A stretch of DNA of 63,867 nucleotides, filler included, from Asterionella formosa (Eukaryota), in the NCBI GenBank assembly GCA_002256025.1. It is 11 parts of 11 records of this genome, joined end to end, with 100 filler letters (N's around TTAATTAATTAA, not from the genome) between each part and the next. Parts side by side here need not be neighbours in the genome. Positions count along the whole stretch, not along the records: positions 31,107 to 37,217 come from NKIB01012818.1; positions 37,318 to 43,414 come from NKIB01012820.1; positions 43,515 to 49,611 come from NKIB01012821.1; 8 more parts are not named here. One strand, written 5' to 3'. Below are positions 35,713-47,100 of the stretch, piece after piece. The position numbers and the translations under genes are program-made. A model generated the notes under the pieces. It did no database searches, had not been told where the DNA came from, and worked only from the letters and a program-made list of their open reading frames with translations. The first letter of the stretch is position 1. The number at the start of each line of letters is the position of its first letter.

Positions 35713-35845
35713 TACATTTTTGGGGAGAAATTCTCCCCTTTTTTCTGCGCTGACGTTTATTCCCCTCTAGCTTTTAACACGTATGCTTTCTGCGGCCCCG
35801 TCAGCAGCGGCTTTTTGGGGAGACTTTTCTCCCCAAAAACATGTA
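35713..35845. repeat. Small inverted-repeat (MITE-like) element upstream of the Crypton ORF
   Basis: TACATTTTTGGGGAGAAA ... TTTTCTCCCCAAAAACATGTA; each end is itself a GGGGAGA/TCTCCCC hairpin. Confidence 0.55.
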
Positions 35846-36031
35846 GAAACAGGGTTCAATTTTGTACCATTGTAGGACTCAGATTGACACTACATGCATG
35901 ATATCTACTGCTAATAGCTGTACTGGTAGTACTAGGGGTTCCGAGGACTCAGTCAATTATGAACATCAATTGAGAACAACAACAATCAACAATATACCTA
36001 TGGAAGCGACCCACTGCCACATCAAAACATC

Positions 36032-37217
36032 ATGTCAGACAATGAAGAAATAGTTTGTGCATCTCAAGATAGATGCATGGTGAAGGAGCTTCCAAGGTCA
36101 ACTGCACATAACTGCCCGGGATGTGGGTATAGCATTCATGCTCTTAGCGGCCATTTGCATGAAGAAGCAGATATTCAGTTCAAAACAACATGCTTCCATT
36201 GCTATGAAAAGTTCGGTCGCGCCCTGATGGATCCAGATGATGCAACTGCATTGCAACAACTCCACCAACAAGATGAAGAGAGGAGACATGATTCCAATCA
36301 AGGACAAGAGGAGGGCATGGTAGTACTTGCACATGTCAATATATTGGATAGCATTTTACCACCAGAGATTGACAAACAAGGCAGCACTCGTATTAGAGAA
36401 CGTGATACACGAAAAGCGAAGAAGGAAGCAAATAAAATGAAGTCCTTACAGCTCATGAATTTAGCAAATATCAGAGGGAACACAAGAGCAAAATCAACAA
36501 AGAGGCGGCACCAGTCTGAACATGAAGTCTTTCTGTTATATCTTTATAAACATGAGGACCAGCTACTAGGACCGGATATGCTAGAGCAAATCAGATATAT
36601 CACTGATGATATTGACAACATTCCCATTCATATGAAGAAAACAAGATCAGTGATACGCAGTTTTCTTGAAAGGGAAGTCTGTACAGGATTGCATCCAATT
36701 AAATTTGAGGACTTAAAGCCTACAGACTTCGCAAAGTATCTTGGGACCCTCAGTAATCCAGTGACAGGCTGTCTACTTAGTCAGAAGATGTATAAAAACA
36801 AGAAAACATCACTTTACAACCTGTTTAAGAAGTATAAGATGAAGGTTACAGACGACTTTGATGATGAGCTGAAAGATCTCATTGCTGGCGTCAAACGAAT
36901 TGCAAGTAAGGCAAAACAAGATGGGATGGGTAGCCTTGAGGAAGGAAAACGTGAATTGACAATCGACCTGTACCGAAAAATAAGCATATGGTTGATTGAA
37001 GATGGCTCTCCATCAGCTGTTTTTGCACGTGCATTTTTATGTCTAACTTGGAATTTGATGTGCCGTGTTGATAGTACTGATGGTGTCTGTATCAAGCATT
37101 TGGTTTGGAGTCAAGATGCTGTGGGGATTCGATTTTCTCATACAAAAAATGATCAAGATGGCTCCAAGAATTTCAAGCCCCGACACTGCTACACCAACCC
37201 TGAAGATTTTGCATTGT
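36032..37217 (+). mobile_element. CryptonS-type tyrosine-recombinase transposase, 3'-partial, intact frame
   Basis: EGKREL..Y, FARAFLCLTWNLMCR (first catalytic Arg), L.WSQDAVGIRFSHTKNDQDG (catalytic Lys) and PRHCYTNP form the stramenopile CryptonS signature. The N-terminus is Cys/His-rich. Confidence 0.85.
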
Positions 37218-37317
37218 NNNNNNNNNNNNNNNNNNNNNNNNNNNNNNNNNNNNNNNNNNNNTTAATTAATTAANNNNNNNNNNNNNNNNNNNNNNNNNNN
37301 NNNNNNNNNNNNNNNNN
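37218..37317. other. Artificial contig linker
   Basis: N44-TTAATTAATTAA-N44. Confidence 0.99.
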
Positions 37318-37340
37318 TGCACATCCGATTTTGACGTTTC

Positions 37341-38228
37341 ATGCTCTTACTTCCACAAATCAATCTATCATCAGGAGCATTGTTTTTGAAGTGTTGTTGC
37401 ATGTTGGCAGCCTTGACAAGAACAACAGCAACACCAACGATTCCATCAGCATTTGTTCCCAGCATCACACGGCACTCACAAACTATCATCCACTCCATGA
37501 CGATCAGTAGTTCTACCGGTAGTACTGATCCATTACAAGAATTAGGGCTTCCTGTACCACTTATTTTAGGATCTGGGTCCTTTACTAGAAAGTTAATTCT
37601 CAAGGAAATGGGAATCGACTTTCACGTCATTAAACGTCCTATTGACGAGCAAACGTTGGGAGACAGAACTCAAGACTTACCCCAAGATTTGGTCTTGACA
37701 TTGGCCAAGGCGAAAGCCACTCATTTGATAAATGAATTACAAGCAGGACGGTGTAAGGAGGACTTGCCTAATGTTATTTCTAAAGATCGAACAAATTGGA
37801 TTGTCTTGACAGGAGATCAAGTAGTGACACACCAAGGAGACATTTTGGAAAAACCAAACACAATACAACAAGCAAAGGAATTCTTGTCCAGATATGCACT
37901 AGCTCCACCGAGCACTGTCGGATCGTGTGTGTTAACACATGTACCATCCATGGTACAGGTATCAGGAGTTGATACGGCTACGATTGTCTTTCATTCATCC
38001 ATTGCTGATTCAAATGAACAAGGGTTAGATTTGATAGATCGCTTGCTGCAAGATGATGCACCTGTTTTGGACTGCGCCGGTGGTTTGATGGTCGAACATC
38101 CATTCGTGAGAGAACATCTGGAACGTATAGAGGGAACCGAAGATTCGGTCATGGGCTTGTCCAAGAACTTGGTTATGACGCTTTTACAAGAACTCAAGGA
38201 AAAACTTCATCTGGAAAATTTGTTGTGA
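37341..38228 (+). CDS. maf: Maf-family nucleoside triphosphate pyrophosphatase, probable plastid presequence
   Basis: LILGSGSFTRKLIL..MGI.F, IDE, AKAKA, LTGDQVV..ILEKP, CAGGL, IEG.EDSVMGL. N-terminal PSA-FVP. Confidence 0.9.
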   Translation: MLLLPQINLSSGALFLKCCCMLAALTRTTATPTIPSAFVPSITRHSQTIIHSMTISSSTGSTDPLQELGLPVPLILGSGSFTRKLILKEMGIDFHVIKRPIDEQTLGDRTQDLPQDLVLTLAKAKATHLINELQAGRCKEDLPNVISKDRTNWIVLTGDQVVTHQGDILEKPNTIQQAKEFLSRYALAPPSTVGSCVLTHVPSMVQVSGVDTATIVFHSSIADSNEQGLDLIDRLLQDDAPVLDCAGGLMVEHPFVREHLERIEGTEDSVMGLSKNLVMTLLQELKEKLHLENLL

Positions 38229-38449
38229 TATAAAAGATAACAAAAGGAGGACAGAAAGTAAATTGCGCGCAAAACGACTGAATTTAGTATGCAGTACTCT
38301 AGAGTTAGACATTTGGCAGAAATCAATTGCACTATCATTTACAAGCAGCAAGCAAGGAAAAGGAGCGGAATTGTACATGCAAGAGAGAAACGACATGACG
38401 CTCCATCTCGCTGTCATCATCTGTTCAGTTTCATTCATTTCGTGTGGCT

Positions 38450-39076
38450 TTAATGAGGAAGGAAGAATCCAGGCATGGTAGGGACAGATCCAGGAAGGGC
38501 TACAGCTGAAAAAAAGGATGCCATTCCAATCATTGCAAGACGTCCGTTCTTGATCTCAGCAGCTTGAAGGCGAGGGAGGGACGATTCCTTGGCACGAGCA
38601 GCGCCCAAATCACCAGGCAAACCACCATAAATGTAATGAGGCTGACGCATCTCTTGGTATCCCTCCACAGCTCCAATAATGAAGAGGATTTGGTAAAAGC
38701 CCGCTTCTGGGATTTTGGAAAAGGTCTCGAATGGAGCCACCTTGGAGACATCTTCAAAGGAGACCCCAGCAGTAGGGGACAGCATTCCTCCGAAGTGGAA
38801 ACCACTCACTTGGGCCATCCAGCCAAGAGTGGCCATCATGGCAATACGGCCGTGCTTGACCTCGGCCGCTTGGAACCACCTGACACCACGATCATCCAAA
38901 CTGGTCATAAGACCAAGAGGGTCCCAAGGCTTGCCAAACGTCTCAGGAAAGTTGGCACCTTCGTTCGTGACAGGTTCCAAGTTCAAGGCAACAGTGCTGG
39001 AAGTTTGTCTGGAAGGGGCAAAGGCACAAGCCGACGTGGCCAAGCTAGCAAGGAGAAGAGCAACAGCCTTGGTCAT
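38450..39076 (-). CDS. FCP: Fucoxanthin-chlorophyll a/c light-harvesting protein (LHC family, possibly Lhcq-like)
   Basis: ACA-FAP presequence, WDPLGL, AEVKHGRIAMMA, AEIKNGRLAMIG, PGSVP. Confidence 0.95.
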   Translation of the reverse strand: MTKAVALLLASLATSACAFAPSRQTSSTVALNLEPVTNEGANFPETFGKPWDPLGLMTSLDDRGVRWFQAAEVKHGRIAMMATLGWMAQVSGFHFGGMLSPTAGVSFEDVSKVAPFETFSKIPEAGFYQILFIIGAVEGYQEMRQPHYIYGGLPGDLGAARAKESSLPRLQAAEIKNGRLAMIGMASFFSAVALPGSVPTMPGFFLPH

Positions 39077-40083
39077 CTTGATGTATTTGGGTTTGTGATT
39101 GGTCTGTCAGAAGGGGAACGGTGAAGTCATGAGAAAGATAGATCGGCCATGTTTGTCCCGTTGGTTTCCTCAACTGGACTAGTACTAGCTGCAGAACGTG
39201 GCCATTATCCGCTTCTGAAAGCTTAAGCGTCAGTCAAGAGTGTTACCGCTACACAACTGTCATGGTTGGTCTCACCTGAACGAACTACAGAGTGCGCGAG
39301 AGTTGCCGATTCCCGTTGCGAAACTATACCTGGTCTGTATGCAAAGATTTGCCTCAACTTCAAATGATCGCGTTAAGTACTCACTCCGTTTTAGGTACCT
39401 GGTAGCACTGGTATTCGTTTGACATCATTCACTGTATACCGGCCGGGTATATCAATATCCCAATTGGCTCCAATTGAAATTATCGACTCCCTCGAATGGA
39501 CGGAAATCCTTCTGAAAAAGTGCCCTAGCGTATATGTACGGGTATACAGTACCAGCGAAGGTCCGGTAATCGAGGTGCAGTTTTGCTTAATTTTTACTTA
39601 AGTAAAAAGCGTGTTTCCCCGGACCTTCCACAGGGTACCATGTACCGGGTACATAAGTAGAACGGAGCAGTACCTGGTACTATACTTGGAAACCTGGATT
39701 CTTGCGTCATCACAGTATCGCCAACCAGAGTATTTCGCATAGTTGCATGATGATTTGCTTCTGTTGCATATGTCATCATTGTCGTGTGTCGTCATCTCTC
39801 CGTCATTTCTGCAGTTGGCTGGATTCCACATACATTCGGTACTACGCAAAGGAATCTAAATAATGTGTGCTTCAGCCATGATGGCCCTAACACCTCCCTT
39901 TGCTTCTCGTCTGGCTACATGTATATATATCTTATGTGTCATGAACAACCAGCATACAAAACTGAGTTTCAGTTGCCAATGAACTCACGAAGTTCACATA
40001 GTAACCACGTTGCCTGTCGTCCTCGCCCTGCAAAACGATTGTACATTCATTGACACCCGAAACAACAACGTATTCATTCGACA

Positions 40084-40695
40084 ATGAAGTCCATACGTTC
40101 TCAAATTACATTTTTGTGTTATTTGACTTTGTTGCTTGTGTCTGCCGTTGCCTTTACTGCAACAACATCCTCCTCTCGTGATCTGACAGTACGGGTGAGG
40201 CCAAGGACTCCTCTCTTTTTGAACCCTCCAAGAAAGGGATCCTCCGGTCAGACAGGCGGTGGAAAGCTCTTGGATGAGTTTGCCACCTACAGTGGAGAAA
40301 TTCTTAACCCTTATGCTGTCCTCAAGGTAGATCGCAAGTGCTCCACGGCCGATGTGAAATTGGCCTACCGCCAATTGTCACGAAGGTACCATCCTGACGG
40401 AGCGCGAAACAGAGAACTATTGCCTGGTTATTGCAAAAATATGGAGGATGTCAGAGATGAGTGGGAACGTATCAAATTGGCATATGAAATATTAAGTGAT
40501 CGGAAGAGACGGGCCAAGTATGATAGACATGAAGCACTGTCAGATCCTGGTGCAGCTTTAGGGAGGGCAGTATTTTATGCAGTAGGAAGCGGTGTCGCTG
40601 GCATGGGAAAAAGTTTGTTCCATGTCGCAGGATTTGCGTTTGAAAAGACAAGGGAATATATTAACGAACAAGCAGAAAGTAGGTCGTCGCCGTAA
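40084..40695 (+). CDS. DnaJ (J-domain) protein with probable plastid presequence
   Basis: AVA-F presequence, NPYAVL...VKLAYRQLSRRYHPD, IKLAYEILSD..RR.KYD. Confidence 0.9.
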   Translation: MKSIRSQITFLCYLTLLLVSAVAFTATTSSSRDLTVRVRPRTPLFLNPPRKGSSGQTGGGKLLDEFATYSGEILNPYAVLKVDRKCSTADVKLAYRQLSRRYHPDGARNRELLPGYCKNMEDVRDEWERIKLAYEILSDRKRRAKYDRHEALSDPGAALGRAVFYAVGSGVAGMGKSLFHVAGFAFEKTREYINEQAESRSSP

Positions 40696-41074
40696 CGGCT
40701 GGAGTGAACTGTGAATTCTTTGTGGGTGTCACTATTTATGCAATGACAAATTAAATGAGAGAGCTTCGTATCATGGTTGTTCCGTATTGCTTGAAACTGA
40801 ATTTAGCATATAGCAGGCAAACAACATAAAAAAGTGACATGTATCTACATTTCGAGAAGCCCCCAAAATATTCGTTTTTAATAGGCTCCGATCAGTGAAA
40901 CTAAAATCAGTTGTGCTTGACTACATGGCGTGGGCACTACATACACAATTCACCGGATGATGGAATTTGCGGGCCATCGTCTTATTTACTCGTTCCAGTC
41001 CTCGCTGATGATTCTTTATTTGTCACCGTTGAATATTTGCTTGATTTAGACAGCCCACCCTCCCACGAATTCCT

Positions 41075-41473
41075 TCATTGTTTCATAGCCTCTCGTTCAC
41101 GTTGCTTCGCTTCCAACTTGTCAATGCGTCGTTTAAGATCTTCAACTCGATCACGTTGGTGCACTTGCATTTTCTGTAATTGTTGAAGCTCATGTTGCTG
41201 CCGCTCTTGTTCTACTGGCATCTCCTTCAGTACATCATTTTGTTCTCTACTGAGAACAAAGTAATTTGAAACAAGATGACGAGTGTTTCCAAACACGGTG
41301 AAGAATGCTTTGAATAACAACTGAAACAGCAACATCATTGCCATAAAGGGAGCGTAAACAATGCCGCCATTACCAATGTACGACGTCAAGGATTGTGATT
41401 GGTTGTCGGGAGGATCTCGGGGTATCACATGTCGGGAGTTGGGTCCTGGAGGGCTGTCTCTGGGATTACTCAT
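41075..41473 (-). CDS. Small hypothetical protein with one TM segment and a C-terminal coiled coil
   Basis: 132-aa ORF with hydrophobic APFMAMMLLFQLLF and a Q/E/K/R-rich tail. Confidence 0.55.
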   Translation of the reverse strand: MSNPRDSPPGPNSRHVIPRDPPDNQSQSLTSYIGNGGIVYAPFMAMMLLFQLLFKAFFTVFGNTRHLVSNYFVLSREQNDVLKEMPVEQERQQHELQQLQKMQVHQRDRVEDLKRRIDKLEAKQREREAMKQ

Positions 41474-41831
41474 TGTAGATTAAATAATAATACTGAGTTT
41501 CAAAAGCGACAGCAGCATGCCAAAAAGAGATTGATCGACTCGTTTTGTTTTGTTTTGTTGAATAAAAGGAGTAGCTCCTTGATGCTGCTCTCTTCTTGCT
41601 GCTTGCAATAGGACTTTTTGATGCGGTAGAGTTTTGTTTGTGGTGCTTCGTTTGTAGTTTGATCAAAGCTCTAATATCTATCGTTGTATCGTATGGGTGT
41701 ACAGATTACCGGTAAGGGAGTTGATGAGAATGGAGAACTCCAACCCGAATACCGGTATGATATATATATATAACGGTATATATCACAGATCACAGAGTAG
41801 CGGTAGTGGTATGTTGCTGCAATTCACCCTA

Positions 41832-41922
41832 CATTTTGCTTAGCTAAATAAAAAATTTATAACGGATAAAGATAGCTAAAACTTTATTTGGTTTCAGCAC
41901 AATTCCCGCAACTTCTTGCAGG
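41832..41922 (-). mobile_element. Degenerate copy of the 17503 MITE family
   Basis: GGATAAAGATAGCTAAA...GTTTCAGCACAATTCCCGCAACTTCTTGCAGG followed by TA. Confidence 0.65.
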
Positions 41923-42046
41923 TAAGTGATGATGACTCATTTTAGTCTATCGTTTCTATCATAGACGACAATCACCTTACTACGCACAACCACGGAAGTT
42001 TGAAAAGGACGAACTTGACAACCGGTGCCTGCTGCCTACTCAACCG

Positions 42047-43414
42047 ATGAACGAAGCAGAAAAGACCATCCCCTACATGGGTAATAAGGAAGCGATGATT
42101 GAAGCCCTGGATACAATCTTGGATCGCCTGGCTGATCACTACCCTTCGTCTCGTCCATTGAAACGACCACGTGGATTGGAGCTCCAGTACGACGAGATAT
42201 GCTCGATTCTCAAGCCGTGTCTGGTGGATCAGGGCAAGAATGTTTCACTGCTGCTTATGGGACCACGAGGATCCGGAAAGACGCAGCTCATTGAGGCATG
42301 CTTAAAATCAATTCAAGTACATCGAATTCGGATCGTACGACTGCATGGATTGGTATTGAAGGGAGACGACGTGGCTGTTGTGGTCAGGGAAATCATTCGA
42401 CAATTATATGACATTGCCTTTGCCGAAACTAAGAAGGACGGCGATCACAAGGCGACAAATGACCTCGTGCGATTGCGAGCAACATCGTTCACGTCCAGCA
42501 TCTCCTTGTTGGACGAAATACTCAACTTTATGAATGCTGAAAAGATTCCCATTTGTATCGTTTTGGAAGACTTTGACGCCATGATTGGATCGACGCCATC
42601 GATGGACAAACAATTGTTGAAGGATGAAATGACTATGAGCAACCGGCAATTGCTGCTCTATCACTTACTCGATCGTGTATCGTCCTCCCGTGGAACTTCT
42701 TTATGCGTTATTGGAACGACCACCAATGTAGGAGCGATCAGCCTCTTGGAAAAGCGCGTCAAGAGTCGAGCAGAAGGAGCATCAAACGTGTTCTACATAT
42801 CGCCATTTAAATCTTTTTCAGATCTTATGCACATTTTACAAAATACAACAACCACTGAAGTGGAGACACCTTTTTCGAAACAGTTGCAGGCTCTACTGTC
42901 TACAGATGAAAATTCGGCACATGACATTGTAAGACTGCGAAAGGTGATGCAGCGCAACTACGCGATATCCAAGGACCTGCGATGGTTTAACCGCGTTTTG
43001 TATTATGCACTATCGCTTTATCGAATGCAAATTTATTTATCGAATGAACTGCCATGCCTTACGGATAAATTGGAAGAAGCCCTGGTCGCACAAGGAGCAT
43101 CGTTTCATGGGATTGACGAACATTGCCACAACGCTCGCATTATGTTGCTAAAAGACCTTTCGGGTCCCCAAGTCGCGCTTGTCCTGTCTGCGCGGCGTAT
43201 TCTGGCTCGAGATGCAGAAAAAGAAGAGGTACCCAAGCCTTTGAATCTTCACCGGATGCTTCAAGAGTATCAATCCTACAAAGGGTCGGCAGATAGATTT
43301 CCAGAAAAAATCTTACGAGCGGTATTTTTTCAGTTGTTAGATATGGATCTCTTTCGACCATCCAGTGATCACAGCGGAGGTGCGCCCTTTCAATACGAAT
43401 ACTCTTGCTCCTAC
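42047..43414 (+). CDS. ORC4: Origin recognition complex subunit 4, 3'-partial
   Basis: N.SLLLMGPRGSGKT Walker A, RLHGL, REIIRQL, IVLEDFD Walker B, RQLLLYHLLD, LEKRVKSR. Confidence 0.88.
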
Positions 43415-43514
43415 NNNNNNNNNNNNNNNNNNNNNNNNNNNNNNNNNNNNNNNNNNNNTTAATTAATTAANNNNNNNNNNNNNNNNNNNNNNNNNNNNNN
43501 NNNNNNNNNNNNNN
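43415..43514. other. Artificial contig linker
   Basis: N44-TTAATTAATTAA-N44. Confidence 0.99.
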
Positions 43515-44104
43515 ACCAGGTACATAAAAAAGGAGGGTTGTTTACGTAGCTGGTCAGTAGAATACCGGTAATACCAAAACGCATTTGTATTCGCTCAATG
43601 GCATGCATGGTCCCAACGGCAACCTCCATCTTTCTTGTGCTCCTTTCATGCAATAATACTGGTATAAATACCGGTATACAATTTCTGCTCTACAGTACCA
43701 GTACCGGTATGCAAGTACTACCGGTACTCATTAAATAAACTCTACATAATATGTACAGTAACCCTCTGCTATAGTGTTCTTGGAACAATTATGATACGTA
43801 TACGAATATCAGTTAATAATGACTGTCGTTGTTGCTACTAGGTAAGTACCGGTACATAAAGCTCTGCTATAGATTCGAAGGTGAGATGTTCAGTACATGA
43901 TAGTATCGAAATCCACAGGCCAACGGAACGCCCACTATAAACCGGTATAATACCGGTATGTATATAATTAATCTGTCACCCAAATTGCTCAGCTGGCATA
44001 CCTTCCCCCTATTATCTAGACAACCGGTTGACTAGACTACTACAGATTTGTTTCTTATATGATTGTTTGTTGTGTTGTTTGCCGTCGACCAATAGCCAAC
44101 CAAG

Positions 44105-47100
44105 ATGAGCGCTCCTGCTCGGTCTCCCCGCATTGATCGGCATGGAGCCTCTGCGAAGACCTCGAGAGAGAAAACTGGCCAGAGAAGCGGCAAAAGCAGA
44201 GCAAGCGATGCAGAGCGTCCGGCTTCCATCGCTGACCCTGTCTCGGCTTCCAAGGAGGAAGTCTCTGACGACGGCGACGACGATGGCCTATTCCTGGGAT
44301 TCGGGCATCGGATGAGTACCGATGATCGGAGGCGCATGCGAGAGAGAGAGAGCGTTGGTGAGCGAGGAGAGGAGAAGTCAATGCCCGAAAGTGCGGCAAG
44401 TCGCCCCACTAATCGCCCTGCATCGACGTACGCGAATCGCTACAGCATCTCGAGCTCAGCTACCTCTAGGCTTGGAAGCTCGAATGCTAGTGAAAGTGCT
44501 TCAAAGCCGTCCACCAGGAGTACGGCGTACTCGCGGCAGCTGGAGAAGCGTGATCGAAGGACTTCGACCCGATCAGCAAGAGCAACTGAACCTTCAAGGA
44601 GCAGCATGGTCAGTATGCCCGATGATTTGACGGTGCAGACCGCCCCAGTTGCAGGAAGGATTATGGATTCATTGCGAGCGACTCATGGGGCTCAAGATTC
44701 AAAGACGTCGTCTGTATCGCGATACGAAACAGCGTCAAGAGGAGGGAGTGGTCACCGACGCGGACGCGAGGATGCCGACATTGGGAACATATCACGCAGT
44801 GGAGGACGGGAGCATTCGCCGGCACGAGAGTTTCGCAAGATTCGCGAAAAGCCAATTCAAGTAGAGGACAGAAACCTCGATCGCGACGAACGTCGTCGAA
44901 CTCGTAGTAACGACAGGAGTGCATCACCCTCCACGCATCGGACCAGTAGAGATGAAGATCGAGAACGACGACGGGAAGAACGCAGAAAGGAACGTGAGAA
45001 AGATGACTATCGTAGACGTACCCGCAGTCGAGACAGTACCATGTCACACTCCGATGAAAATTTGCAGGACGCACGCATTTCGAGTGATCGCTTCGACAAG
45101 ACTTCTCGTGAATACGATCGGAACTCCCGAGAAAGCAGGTCGGTGGCTACGACTAGCGACAGAGTTCGTTTGGCCCGTGATCGGACAATTCGTGCTAGAT
45201 CCCAAGAGCCGGAAATGGAGAATCGCGTGGCGCATCGCTCAAGTCGCCGGACTGAAAATCAAGAAGCAGATAATAAAAGCAACAACCATGAAACAAGATC
45301 ATCTCGCCCTCGAGAGGGCGATTCTGAGAGAATTCGTCGATCGAGATCTACCGACGAACCAGACTCATCCAGGAATGCGCCGACATATTACCGGCGTAGA
45401 GTACCATTGAATGACTCTAAAGGAACGTTGACTGGTGGCGACCGCGGCCAACAATCGGTACAAAGAAGCCGACATCACAGGCGAGGCAAGAGCAACGACG
45501 GTGATGAATCATCCATGTCAATCTATGCTAGACGAGATCGACTCAAATCAACATTAGACACGGATCAACCAATTGTTGTGCCTGCTATTTCTCGCTCAAG
45601 CAGATCGCTTCGGAGCAAGGACAAGGATGAACAATCAGGCCAAAGGGGTTCAAGCGACTCGTCGGATGACTCTGAGAGTGAAGAATCCATCTCTGAGGTC
45701 GTTGATGAACCGTCATCAAGCGATGAAATTGTAGAAAATTGGACTATTCGAGTATGTTTAATTTCTGCTGTCGATTTGCCTTTCAACATCGTCCCCAACA
45801 TCCCACTTTGTCCAGTATTTAAATTTGGTCTTGTCAAGCTGCCAGAAGATGAAGCTGAGCAATTAGCGGCTGAAGTAAGCTTGGAAACGAATTCTGGTAT
45901 CGGCCAAAACCGAGTGCTCACCACAAAGTCGTCAGTTTCTGAAAAATTAGATAAGTCTGGAATTTTGTCCTTCAAACGAGCCAGAGTGCGCTGCACGTCG
46001 AACAAAATCCTAAGCAAGCGTGACAATGGTGCAATGGAATTTCATGAGGAAATGAGGTGGGATAAGGTCAAGCGGCCAAACAGGACCGCCTTAGCAGTTG
46101 AACTATCTGCGCGCGCTACAGTGCCTCCTCCTAACTTCAACGAAAGCCCGTTGGCAAAGGAACCATCATATGTGCCTAGCGTTGCTCTTGGCATCATTGC
46201 CGAGCCACAATTGCCAGCTTCCTTCAATAGGGACCGATGGTCATCTAATGTTCATGAAAAAAAGGGCAGTTCTGGTCTTGACCTCGAGGACTTGTACCAG
46301 AAGGCTCTTGGCAAGCGGGCAAGCGATAGTTCGTTCATTTCTGGGGAGGCACGTAAAGATTTTTTTGCACCTCGCACTCAAGCAAATGGTGGATACGACA
46401 ATGCCAACAAATTAGGTATCAACTCTTTCATGAACAAATACAACGTTTCCCAAGGAGCGTCAACAGAACAACCAGAAGTGGTAGAAACTTCATCTCCGCC
46501 TCCTGAAGACGAAGAACCAGATGATGCTCCTTCAGCTGGAATTGCAGGGATGAGAGCGTTGTGGCGAAAGGGACGGCAGCAGTTTGAACAACGCCAAAAA
46601 GAGAAGAAGAAAACCACACCAAACGAAATTGAGGCCGCGACTGCAGCAGCAGCTGTTGCTCGCTTCTTGGTTGGCGGTTCAAATGAAGGTGATTCTGCAA
46701 AGCAGATGAATGGGCATGCGCCCGAGCCCGCAAGCGAACGACAACCAGTTGGACTCAGTTTGAACGAAAGAAGGAGAGATCCATTCGCGCCTTCAAACAA
46801 TGTATTGGGTTTGCCAGGTAGCATATTAAAACGGCCCTTGCCACAACTACCAATTGAAACGACTTTAGCAGACGACGAGAATGTTGCACTTGTAAGGGCC
46901 AGGAAGCGACGAAAAGTTGAAATGGGGACAGACCTACGGCTTGGTTCATTGATTATTCCATTGACTCGCTTACCGCTTGAAAAAGCTACCCGTAGCAATA
47001 AGGCGGCAAGAATCGAGCAATGGTATCAATTAGACACCACCAACAATTCTCTCACACCTTCGCAAAATCCAGCACGTCGCTCCCTTGCTGGAACGTCGAA

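Noticed and set aside
24892..37217. DIRS-like ORF1, copia gag and tyrosine recombinase as one retroelement
   Set aside because: They lie on different contigs and strands, and the recombinase motifs are Crypton-type.
36032..43414. Crypton recombinase next to Maf, LHC, DnaJ and ORC4 as a cargo island
   Set aside because: A linker at 37218-37317 separates them; they are on different contigs.
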